Shown here: piece after piece, positions 23,629-34,518 of the stretch | Layout of the letters: each line of letters begins with the position of its first letter | Numbering within the stretch: the first letter of the stretch is position 1 | Source of the DNA: Camelus dromedarius | Taxonomy: Eukaryota | DNA: 64,000 nt | Direction: 5' to 3' | Assembly (NCBI RefSeq): GCF_036321535.1 | Contig: NC_087436.1 | Span: 4,588,001-4,652,000, forward strand | Notes under the pieces: generated by a model | Seen by the model: only the letters and a program-made list of their open reading frames with translations | Databases searched by the model: none | What the model was told of the DNA's origin: nothing | Made by a program: the position numbers and the translations under genes

Positions 23629-25134
23629 CCTTCCTTTCCTTTCACATCCTTCTCCTGGTGGACTTCCCTCCATTTCCATCACCAGAGAGCAACATTCTCT
23701 CCCTTTACTTAGAGAATCTGAGTGTGGGGCACAGTGGCACACTCTGGACTGAGACATACCATGGGTCCTACTGCCGTTCAAAGGAAGACAGGTCGAGATA
23801 CATCAAAAAGTCTTTTCACAAGTTTAAAAAAAATTACATCTGTGTAGAAAAAAATCAAAAAGTAAAAATGTTGGTTCCTCCAGCCACTTGTTCTAATGAG
23901 AGACAGTAGGCATCTCAGAACTCTCCTCTGCATCTTCCCAAAAGCTTACGTTTATAACAACGGGTGTGTTGTTATCCAATTAGCACCTTACTCTACACAA
24001 GCACTTTACAGACAAAACACTGGAGGTGATTACATACACATGCCACTTGTCCATTTAACGCTATCTTCCTCATCACTATGCGTCCAGCTTTTTCATGGCT
24101 GTTTAGAGTAATGGGCTGTTCTAACAAAATTAATTGTTAACGTTCGAGAATGGCTTAATATTTTAATAATTATACAAAGTGTTTCATTGTATGAAAGCCT
24201 CAAATTTATTTAAAAATTCCACCATTAGTAATAGAAATTGTTTTGTTTGTTTGCTATATAATATTTCTGTATCAATCATGTTTCAACAGAAGTGCCTGCG
24301 TACAGAAGCCTGTATGGTTTTATTTTACTTTTTTCCAAGTTGCTTATTTTACTCAGCAGTTTTCCCCCTCAACAGACTTGTGATAACCACATCTTTTAAA
24401 TCTGTACATGTCATCAGAACAACCTAGAGTTTTATTGCTTTGACATTTGATCTGACCCGCCCATCGTGGAAGACCATCGTGGCTTCTCAGTTGCTCTGAG
24501 CCGGTGACCTAGAAGCGAAACTTGCCTTTCCGTCCTCACTGTTGACCTACAACAGTCCAGGTATCCACACACCCCAGGCACTGGAGTTTTAGTCAACAGA
24601 CAGGCCCTGCTCTCCCATCGGGTCCCGGTGGTGGGGCTCAGGGCATTAACCATCCTAAGAGCCTGGTAGAAAGTAGACTGGCAGGTAGAGTAATTAAAGT
24701 CTGCTCGTTTTGTATAGGCCTTTTCCAGTTCAGCAGTTACCTCTGAAACACAGCAACAGAGGCCAAATTGTGGACAGTCGGAGATGCCATCCTGCAGCGA
24801 GTGGTGGCTCCCAGCCCGGGCGCAGGGTCGGGGTCCCCCCAGGATCAAGCCCAGAACCTCACTAGATCTTGCTGGGCAGGCTGGTCACGGGCAGAGCTGG
24901 TTTTGACAGGACCCACACCAAAACTCTACCACTGACAGCTCCAGCTGGCTCACCCACTGGGCTCAGTGACTAAGAGTGGAGCGTGTGGAGCGCTGTATTA
25001 ATAGCTTTCAGTTTGCCTTAAACTGTGGAGGGACCAAGCCACAAAGGAAATGTTTATCTGCACCACGACTGTGAACATGAGGATGCTGACCACGAGGGAG
25101 GGCGGATTCCTTTTAAGGCTTGTGCGTTGCAAAA

Positions 25135-25136
<2 letters not shown>

Positions 25137-25186
<50 letters not shown>
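25137..25186. repeat. (CA)25 microsatellite at the upstream edge of the GUCY1B1 CpG island
   Basis: Read directly. Confidence 0.97.
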
Positions 25187-25189
<3 letters not shown>

Positions 25190-25621
25190 CCCTCCCTGGT
25201 TTCGCTACCCAAGGGCACCCTCTGGATAAGAGCACATTGATGGGTCCCCGGCACTGCCTTCTCCTTGCCCCGGGCCGTGCGGGGAGCTCCGCGGTGGCTC
25301 CTCCGCGGTCCCTGTCGCGGCCTCCAGCACCAGCCGGGTGGGTCACCGGGGCGGGGGTGGGAAGGCCCGAGCGCGGGCCCCGCGCGCATCCGAATTCACT
25401 CCGCTGCGCCGATTGGTGGAAGCCCGGGGGGCGGCGGCCAGGCCTGCGGCTCGCCCGGCGGTTCGCTGCGCGTCGCTGGCAATCAGGGCGCGCGGGGCTG
25501 GGCGCCGGGGCCGCTCGACGCTGCGCCGCGGGCTCGTTGCGCGGTCGCCGCCGCAGCCGCCTCCTGGTCCCTCCGCCGAGCCTCGGCGCGGGGCGGCGTC
25601 CCCAGCCCGGGGGCGGACACC

Positions 25622-25624
25622 ATG
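25622..25624 (+). CDS. GUCY1B1: sGC beta-1 exon 1 coding part (start codon only)
   Basis: GACACC-ATG|GTGAGT: Kozak -3 A directly followed by a consensus donor; splices in frame to YGFVNHALE. Confidence 0.93.
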
Positions 25625-26094
25625 GTGAGTGCTCCCGGATGGGTTCGGAGACGCTCGCCGGGCCTTCCCGCCGTCGGCCTGCATCCGGAGTGGGGAGACG
25701 GGGACGTCGGGGGTCGCGGCGGGGGCGGCCGGTGCCTTTGCTTCCGGAGCTGGGGAGGGGACGTGCGGCCGAGGCGCGTGTCTCCCGGTTCAGGGCGGCC
25801 GAGCGGCCGGGGAGGCGTCGGGTTCGGTCCCCTCCGCCACGCTTTCCGGATGCCCGGCCGGCCTCCGCGCGGTGACAGGTGAGCGGGTCCTGGGGTGGGG
25901 CGGAAGAGACCGGGAGGGTCTGCCCCTGACTGGGGCAGGGGTGGCGCCCCTGGGCTGCCCGGCCTTACCACCGAGGACCCGTCCGCCCGCCGGAACGGAG
26001 CGCAAGCAGGGCGCGGGCCCCAGGGTCCAGCGCAGGGCCCCCGCCCCTTCCCACCCGCAGCTGGCCCCTGACACCCGGTTTCCTGCCCCCGCAG

Positions 26095-26168
26095 TACGGA
26101 TTCGTGAATCACGCGCTGGAGCTGCTGGTGATCCGCAATTACGGCCCGGAGGTGTGGGAGGACATCAA
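26095..26168 (+). CDS. GUCY1B1: sGC beta-1 exon 2 (H-NOX)
   Basis: cag|TACGGA...ATCAA|gtaagt; [25 protein letters not shown]; 74 nt. Confidence 0.97.
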
Positions 26169-27527
26169 GTAAGTGACCGGCTGCCCCGGCCTCGCCTGGC
26201 CCGCTACAGCCCCTGCGCCTCGCCGCATCCTCCGCTTCCTGCCGGGTGGCGGGCGCGCATCCTTGGCGCTGCTCCGCCCGCCACTCCCGCCGCAGCCGCG
26301 CTCCCACGCCCCGGAGCGGACCCGGAGGAGGGGCGGCGGGCGGGGCGGCGAGGGTGGGGGCGGGGGGGGGCCGGGGTCACCGCGGCCTCCAGACCCGGCC
26401 CGGGCGTGGGAACGCGCCGCCCGCCCGCCGCTCCCGGGCCTGGGGGCCGGCGGCTCCCACGCGGAGGGACCGGGGGACCAAGAGGCCTCGGCCGTGCTCG
26501 GGCTTCCAGAGGCCTTGGAAACCAGCTCGTTTGTCGTTTACACACCTTGCCCACATCAGCAAACACCGTGCGGCCCTTTGGGGATGCTGAAACCCACTTT
26601 GCCCGAGACTGTTGGTTGAGTGCATTTATTCATATGAATAAAATGCCCCCCCCTCCTTTTTTGTTTCTGTTGTGGTGAAGCCTGCCACTTGTGGGAGGGC
26701 GTCCTGGTTTCAGTCCAGAGCTGTGAGCCGCGTGCTCTGGGTGTGCGCAGAAAAGCCCACCCACCTGAGAGTCCGAACATGCTGCAGGGATGGGCCACTC
26801 TCCCTGCGAACACACTGAGCATCTCAATCTTGCAAAGTTAGAGGTTTAACAAAGTTGAAATCTCATAGTTTAAATCTCTTTCTTTCTCTCCCACTCTAGT
26901 GAAATTTGCGCGTTAACTTGTTTAGATGACCACAGCGAAGTAGCTACACCAAAACCCTGTACCGTGTGGATTTTCATATTGGGGCAGTGTAACTGCCACC
27001 TTCAAAGAGAGGCAGAGGGACTGGTTACCTGGCGGGCAGAGACCACATTGTTATTTACTCTGATTTCCTGTACTCACTGATTTCATTTTCTTATATCAAG
27101 TAGGTGATGATCTCATGCTGTTTTTCCTAAATAGACTACAATTATTAGCAGTCAATTCTAGCAGGCTTTATTATGCAGTTACATGACAGTGATTTCTTAC
27201 ACAAATCTGTTTCCATGGAAATGACCAGGGTTAAATATTAAGCAGTGGAATGCAGCTTTTCCTTTCTTTGGGTCTGTATTATTGAGCACTGTTTCTTGTT
27301 CCATAAGACGTTTACTTTACCCTCAGGGGCACATCTGCATATTCTAAAGAGAAGTGGAGATTGGGCATTTATGCAGTTCAGTGAAGTGAAAACCTAGGCA
27401 CTAAAGCTTACTTTGGAATTGGAATTTTCTGTTTATTAGTTAACTTTATTAATTACAGTTTTTATTTTGCTTGGTAGACAGTGTCACAGAGAAAGCAGGC
27501 ATCAAGAGCAAGATTTTAAACCACTTT

Positions 27528-27826
27528 TGTTTATCTTTTTTTATTGAAGTGTAGTCAGTTACAATGTCGGTTTCTGGTTACAGCATAATGTCTCAGTCAT
27601 ACATGTACATACATATATTCCTTTTCATAGTCTTTTTCATTACAGATTATATTGAATATAGTTCCCTGTGCTGTACAGAAGACACTTGTTTATCTGTTTT
27701 GTATACAGTAGTTAGTATATGCAAATCTCAAACTCCCAGGTTATCCCTTCGCACCGTCTTTCCCACTGGTAACTAAGATTGTTTACTATATCTGTGAGTC
27801 TGTTTCTGTTTTGTAGATGAGTTCGC
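27528..27826 (-). mobile_element. 5'-truncated L1 3' end
   Basis: Poly(T)-ATTGAAGTGTAGTCAGTTACAATG...; TSD TTTTAAACCACTTT (27514-27527 / 27827-27840). Confidence 0.88.
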
Positions 27827-29179
27827 TTTTAAACCACTTTCTTTGTGAATTTATGAAAGCATCATATATATCTCCCACATAATATTTTCTCATTGGTAAG
27901 ATAGAAATTCCCAGATTTCCTGGTGGATAAGCGATGACAGTGAATATGAGTTTTGAGAGCACAATAAAAGATGGCTGTTATGATTAAACGGTCTTATATA
28001 TATTACTCGGATTTAGAATGTGTCTTACCCATTATGAGTTTAGATCGTTGTCAGATACAGAGGTGAAAAGTGACATATCATAGAGAAATGTTTCAGAAAT
28101 GTAAAAAATTAAATTATCAAATGATTTGTTTACATTGGCCAGCTATTCCACGCAGAAGATCAAAATATCTAAAAATTTTACAAATTCCTCTGAGGTGAGA
28201 ACTTTACCAAACCACACTAAGGATACTGTTGCATTTTACTTTAAAATAATTTATTAATTTTTAATTAAATATCAACATCTTCTAATTCATGAATATATCT
28301 TTAAGTAGCCTCAGGCGATGTTCTTAATTCATTTAGGTGCTAATAATTTAAATCATACAACACACTTTTTCTTCCGGTAAAATGAAGCAAATCACATGAA
28401 TCTTTTTCCTACAGAATTACCACGGGGATTATGTGCTCCTGCAAGGGAAATGCTATTAGTTATAGCAGGGTTTGCAGTCCAGGTGTTGGTCTGATTCGTT
28501 TTTGTCTAAGCATCTGTCTTGCTGGAGCCCATCTTGTCTCGGACCCAGTTTATCATCTGGAGGAGAGATGCTCAGCTTTCTGCACTGAGGGTGTTATAAC
28601 AGCTCCTTGGTTTTCCCCGGTCAGCGTCCCAGAGGGATGCCTGTGTGTTCCCTGGAAGAGCATTTGCTTAGCGTGGCAGAGTCTCAGTGCCTGGGGGCAG
28701 GAGGGGAGAAGTTGGAAGGGTCTCATGTTAAAGTGTTCCTGGGGAGATCCTGACCCCTCCTCTGACCTCCCCATCTCCTCTGAGGTGGAGCACAGCGAAC
28801 ACTGCTCCAAGATACTCTCAGTTCTGCCTTTTTATGAAAACTGAATATATAAAAAACATTTTTTTTTGTCTCAGTACATACCAAACTCCTGTTATCTTCC
28901 TTTTTGCTCTGTGAGAAACTATCTGAATTGTTGCTGTTTATAAAACATCGTATACTACTGTTTTGGTTTGGGAGGAAACGGCCATCCATGGTTCATGAGA
29001 AAGGAAGCCACACATTAGTGACAAAGACAATCCTAAGTAACAGATTCCAGATGGAAGATTCTGACTGGTTAGAGCCAGAAATGCTTCACTGTAAACTCCG
29101 TACCCACGTTCCCTCCTACCAATAGTATAACCATTTCCCAAGAGCTTTAAATTCCTCTTTTTAAGAAAAAAAATTGTCA

Positions 29180-29352
29180 AGAGGGACAGTTTCCTTTAAA
29201 GGGTCAGTAAGTATTTTTGGTGCTGCAGGCCAGGATTCAGTATCGAGGATTGTACGCGTACCTGTACAGCAGTCAAATGTCAAAAATGCAGAAGCCATTC
29301 TTAGCTCCCAAATAGCAAAAAGAGGTGGTGGGTGGGATCTTCTGACGCCTGG
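29180..29352. mobile_element. Old hAT-Charlie remnant (MER58-like)
   Basis: TAAAGGGTCAGTAAGTATTTTTGG and AAGCCATTCTTAGCTC motifs, from recall. Confidence 0.45.
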
Positions 29353-29719
29353 GCTGTCCTCTGTCCCTCTGAACTGATTGTGGCCATAAACATGTATCAA
29401 AAAGCCAGAGAGCCGTCTGAATCGACTTCAGATCCTGCCTTGTTGGTTTCCTTTCTGTTTTCAGGTGGCCCTTTCTAGATGTCCTGGGTCCTAAGTGAGG
29501 ATAAACAGCAACCATTTCAGGAAAAAAAAAATGAGGTCAGGACATACATATTCAGAAAGGTCCTAAATCCTTGGTTTAATCACCTCCTTACCCAGTGGCC
29601 CTGACTAAAGCAACTTCACATCAAATTACTGGGCTCAGGTTTAGATTTTCTAACTTCACTAGGACGTTAAGATGGATTCAAAAAATGAAAAAAATCTAAG
29701 ATGATTAAAAATCTTATTG

Positions 29720-29928
29720 CAGATACTACCTATTATATATGAAATAGATAAACAGCGAGGTCCTGCTGTACAGCACAGGGAACTATATTCAGTATCTTGG
29801 GGTAAACCATATGGGAAAGAATGTGAAAAGGAATATATGTATGTATATATACATGTATAAATGAATCCCTATGCTGTACACCAGAAACTAACACAACATT
29901 GTAAGTTGACTATATTTCAGTTAAAAAG
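29720..29928 (+). mobile_element. L1 3' end
   Basis: ATAGATAAACAGCGAGGTCCTGCTGTACAGCACAGGGAACTATATTC...ACACCAGAAACTAACACAACATTGTAA. Confidence 0.85.
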
Positions 29929-30533
29929 AGTCTATTAGAAACAAAAAACACCTTCCTGAAAACTCTCTTGCCTAGAGTTGAGCAGGACAAGGGATGAAAT
30001 AAAAAGAAGAGTCTAGAGTCCAGAGTGCGACATGGTGTACGGGTTAGCTCTTCTCTGCTTTACAGAGAGAACTGAGAGAAAAATTTGGATCAAAATCTTG
30101 GTATGAGATTTGAAGATGAACTAATGACACTGTTAGTTGGTAAATACTGGAGTAAGTTCCTCTAGGAGGCTGTCCGTAATCTCCCCTGTGCAGAGAAGGC
30201 ATAATTGTTCAGCATGGTTTTATCTGACTTCCTCTAGCAGGGCAGCAAGCTTTTTCACTCATTGACCTAAACATTCTTTCATTCTCTCATTAAGCTTGTT
30301 TTTAATGATCAGAGTCCGGTGTTCAGGCACAGAGGATAGGAAAGCATGTAATAACAATACTTGCTTTCAGATAAAGTCTAGAGATGTCGGGCTATTTCTA
30401 CTCTCACTATGTCTGGGTTTTTCTGCCTGTAGCTTACACATGGGAACATTGGGCTGTTGGGCAGTATACTCTTATTTTCCAGTTTTGAAAGTAACGCATC
30501 TGGTTGAGTTTGTTTATCATGAATTAATCATTA

Positions 30534-30594
30534 TATGCAGTACTCCAGAAATTGACACAATGTTGTAAACGGACTATACTTCAATTAAAAAAAG
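30534..30594 (+). mobile_element. 61-bp ultra-short L1 3' terminus
   Basis: Exact TSD GAATTAATCATTA (30521-30533 / 30595-30607). Confidence 0.8.
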
Positions 30595-30984
30595 GAATTA
30601 ATCATTACGGTTCCTATAACGAGGAACCTATAAAAGAGGTTCTTACTCCAGTATTCATCAAATGCTTGGCTGTAATATAAGCTAGATATGTGACCTCCCC
30701 AGGATTGTGAGATGGTGGATGATGTCTGTAAAGTGCTTCACACAGGTTGTGAAAGAGAACTGCCTCATAAATGGTAGCTGTTACTAGTTTTACTCCAGAA
30801 CCAAAGTTTCTCAACTTTTCCTTTTGCCAGCTCCCCTGAAAGATAGGAAAGGCTCCTTTACATGATAGTCACTCTTGGAAGTCTGGGTGCTACACCCATC
30901 TAAGTGTGCCCTCATTGCATCCCCCCTTACCCATCCCCATTTGTTATTCGAACGTGCAGCATATGCTTTTTTTTAAAAAAAAAT

Positions 30985-31152
30985 TCATTAGTTTGATTTT
31001 TTTCAGATCCCATATATATGTGATAACATACAGTATTTGTCTTTCTCTATCAGACATATTTCACTAAGCTTAATACCCTCCTGGCCATTCTATGTTGTGG
31101 CAAATGGCAGAATTTTATTCTTTTTCATGACTGAGTAGTATTCCATTGTGTG

Positions 31153-31200
<48 letters not shown>

Positions 31201-31250
31201 CACCTCTTCTTTATCTAGTCATATAGATGGACATTTAGGTTGCTCCCATA
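30985..31250 (-). mobile_element. Older L1 3'UTR fragment containing a (CA)n tract (~31158-31199)
   Basis: CAGTATTTGTCTTTCTCT, GCAAATGGCAGAATTTTATTCTTTTT, GAGTAGTATTCCATTGTGTG motifs. Confidence 0.75.
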
Positions 31251-31257
31251 TGCTCTT

Positions 31258-31390
31258 TTTTTTAAGTTCTTTTTTTGAGGGGTAGGTAATTAGGGTTTTA
31301 TTTATTTTTTTAGTGGAGGTACTAGGGATTGAACCCAGGACCTCCTGCATGCTAGGCATGTACTCTGCCACTGAGCTATACCATCCCCCC
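31258..31390 (-). mobile_element. Vic-1-like SINE
   Basis: GGGATTGAACCCAGGACCTCCTGCATGCTAGGC...CACTGAGCTATACC; exact 17-bp TSD TGCTCCCATATGCTCTT (31241-31257 / 31391-31407). Confidence 0.9.
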
Positions 31391-31709
31391 TGCTCCCATA
31401 TGCTCTTAATATTCATTTTATCAAAACAACTTAAAACCAAATTATGTTCCACATTTTGCCATGTTTTAATCAAATTTTCATATTTATATTCATGAAGCTA
31501 TATTGTCACATATGTATCATATATATATATATCATTACATTTCTATGCCTTCCTGTATTCTTGCTCAAGTAGGTTTTAAAATATTAACAGCACTTTTTTA
31601 TTTTAAAAGCTGTCTAAAATTTCCAAAGTCCCTTCCTCTCTGAAATTTCACGAGTGCCACAGCATCCACGTGCAACAGGACAGGCCTTTCCAGCTCATTT
31701 TGTCCCAAC

Positions 31710-32060
31710 TTTGTTGAGTTAGAATTGGCACATAACATTGTGTGAGTTTAAGGTGTCTGATGTGTGGATGAGATACTTTTGTACATTGCAAACTGAGTAC
31801 CATTACATTATCAGCTACCACCTCCGTCCCGTCACACTGTTACAATTTATGTGTGTGTGGTGAGAACACTGAAGACCTGCTCTCCTAGCCACTCTCCTAG
31901 TTTTAAGTATGTGGTCCCGTGTTCTCTATAATTGCCGTGCAGAACATTGGTCCCCAAACTTGTTAGTCTTGTAGCTGGTGATCTGTACCCTCCGAGCAAC
32001 ATACTCCCAGCCCCTGGTACCCGCCACTGTCCTGTGGTTCTGAGTTTTTCCTTTTCAGTT
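31710..32060 (-). mobile_element. Old L1 3' end (L1MA9-like)
   Basis: ACATAACATTGTGTGAGTTTAAGGTG and GTGGTGAGAACACTGAAGA motifs. Confidence 0.65.
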
Positions 32061-32185
32061 TTCATATATAAGGGAGCTCAATGCTTTTTTTTTTCTTTAA
32101 TGATGAAATTGTGTTCCCGAGAGGCTAAAGGACTGTTCTAAGGAATTATATCAGGAAGTTGAATCAGACCTCCAATTCTGCTCTT

Positions 32186-32287
32186 TATTTTTTTTTTTTT
32201 AATTGAGGTGTAGTTGATTTACAGTGTTACATTGGTTTCAGGTGTACAGCCAAGTGATTCAGTTATACATATGTATTCTTTTTGTGA
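32186..32287 (-). mobile_element. Short L1 3' end
   Basis: Poly(T)-AATTGAGGTGTAGTTGATTTACA; degenerate TSD TCCAATTCTGCTCTT / TCCAACCCTGTTCTT. Confidence 0.75.
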
Positions 32288-34386
32288 TCCAACCCTGTTC
32301 TTCTGATGCCAGGGTTGCTGCTACTTTTGAGAAAGAAATAGGAGCCAATGTAGTTTACATACAAAAATGAAACCGTATTAATTTTCATTCCCAGAAACTT
32401 CCTCAGAAAACAAACAAATGAAGACACAGGTTAAAAAAGTCAGTAAATGAGATAATTGTGAGGATCAGGACCTTTTTCTCTAGGAAGACCTGCCAGTTAG
32501 CGTGAAGGACGGGAGGCACAGTGTGTGGGCTGACAAGCTCACTGAGGGTCGACGTTACCTGTGCAGGTGGGGCTTGGTGTCCAGGGCAGACCCCTTCCCA
32601 TGACCCGCGGGGCGCTCTGTGTGCAGAACATAGGACACAGAACGCGGCCGTGTGATGAGCAGTGGCTGAGGTGGGGAGCCAGCTCGCAGCCTTGTCTCAG
32701 GGCTTGTTTTGATGATCGAAATATCACCCAGAAGCCAAGCGTGGTCTTTGTTTTAACTGAATTCTGTCATCTTTTGAAGTTAAAAAAAAAAGAGAAAGCT
32801 CACAGAAGCATATTATGTAATCAGGTGTCAAAGAAGCTTTGTAGGTTAAAATGGGCACCAGGGATGGAGGAGGAATCAGAAAATCCTCATTCTCCCTCCC
32901 TCACTCCCAGACCCCCTTAGGGCGAACGCCGACCGTTCTCTCGTCCTGCTCACAGCGGACAGTGTCCTTCTGACCCTGTCACTTCTCTCCAGGATGGGAA
33001 ACTCAAGTGCATCCTTCTCTCCTGTGTGTTGGAAAGCCAGTTAGGAGTCGAGACCATGCAGACATCACTGGGAAAGCGCGTTAGGGAAATCTATAGCCCC
33101 GCCCGGCTGGGAGGCTGACAGCCAGGACCTGAGTGAGGACTTGCAGCTTTTCTATTCGCTGCTCTGCCTCTCGGCTCATTAACCAGGAAACAGTGGGGGG
33201 AACGTGTCTTTGTTTATGTCCAGCAAGTGGGGCATCTTTTCTATATCAAGAGCTATGAGGTTAGCGGTGTCTTCTCCAGGGGACACATAAACGTTCCCAT
33301 GGATTTATCCTTCCTTTTCGTTACCGTGTCCTTGGTTGTACTGAACACTCTGACCGACTTGCCACTTAGTGTTGGATCGCAAAATAGTAAATTGTTCCTT
33401 TGTTGAAATTCTTTGTGGTCAGTCTTCATATCAGCCAGACACAGGAAGCTTTCGTCCACACCCCCACCGGTGCCCAGCACCCAGCCTCGCGGGCAGGTTT
33501 TCAGGTCCTGGGCCAGGCTGAGCTTCCCCGTGGGGGTGACACCTGTGCTCAGAAGGGCCTCTCCCCCATGCTCCCCACCCTTCCTCCAGTGGAAACAGTT
33601 CTCAGCTTTGAGCTGGCAGGACAGGTCTTACTTCTTAACGGAAGGCTTCTGTCGCCTCCAGAACTATGCTGTTTCCTCACAGTACATGCATGCGTTTATA
33701 ACTATTTTATTGCGTGATTAATGCCTGTCTTGTCTCCCTTAACTGCAGCTTCTGCAACCAGCACAAAGCCCCCCTCTGCGTATTCATATATGTATAAGTG
33801 AATTATCTTTCACATTTTAGTTTCTGGAGAATAGAGCACAGATATATTCACCACACATATTTTTTTTTCTGTAGCCAGGATTTGTTATGTCAGAACGGTG
33901 ACATCTTCAACTACTATGTAATAAACTAGAAACCCCATTGAAATGGGCATTTCTTACATGAACAAAGGCAGATGATATGGCAATAAGTTACAGCATCTCT
34001 TTTTGGAAGGGTCAGAGTGCATACGTAGTTGTAAGAAAAGGATTCAGAATGCTGCTGTCAGACCCCTGATCTCATACACTCAAAGACACTTACTGGATTG
34101 GATTCAGGAGAAGACTGGCTCCTTTAGCAGGTGTCTGCAAGGCAGCTATCTGTGGTGCTGTTTAAGGTCAGCGTCACAGACTGCAGATAAAGGTTTGTAA
34201 AATGCTGAACTTCAATTTGAAAACTAGATGAGAATGCTCACCTGGCCTCTCTGTTTTGAATGTAGCAGGTTGTAGAAATTGACACTTACCGTGTGGTCCC
34301 ACAGTCACCAACTCCCCGAGTCCTCAAATCCACTGTAGAAAATAGATTTGTTCATTAAGTAAGGGAACTGAGGCTTCAAGATTTTA

Positions 34387-34518
34387 TTCCACCTCTTTTT
34401 GTTTGTTTTGGGGAGGAGGTAATTAGATTTACTTATTTTTTAGTGGAGGTACTGGGGATTGAACCCAGGACCTCGTGCATTGCTGAACACATGCTCTGCC
34501 ACTGAGCTATACCCTCCT
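34387..34518 (-). mobile_element. Vic-1-like SINE
   Basis: TGGAGGTACTGGGGATTGAACCCAGGACC...CTGAGCTATACCC; near-TSD GGCTTCAAGATTTTA / GGCTTCAAGACTTTA. Confidence 0.85.

Larger units (their letters stand above)
25240..26520 (+). promoter_or_regulatory. GUCY1B1: CpG-island promoter of GUCY1B1 (no evident TATA box), covering exons 1-2
   Basis: Very high GC and CpG density; GC boxes (GGGGCGGGG near 25348); inverted CCAAT box ATTGG at 25412-25416. Confidence 0.9.

Noticed and set aside
25120..26678. Long overlapping ORFs (205-349 aa) on both strands
   Set aside because: Arg/Pro/Gly/Ala-rich products of a stop-poor CpG island; the real coding bases are the ATG and the 74-nt exon 2
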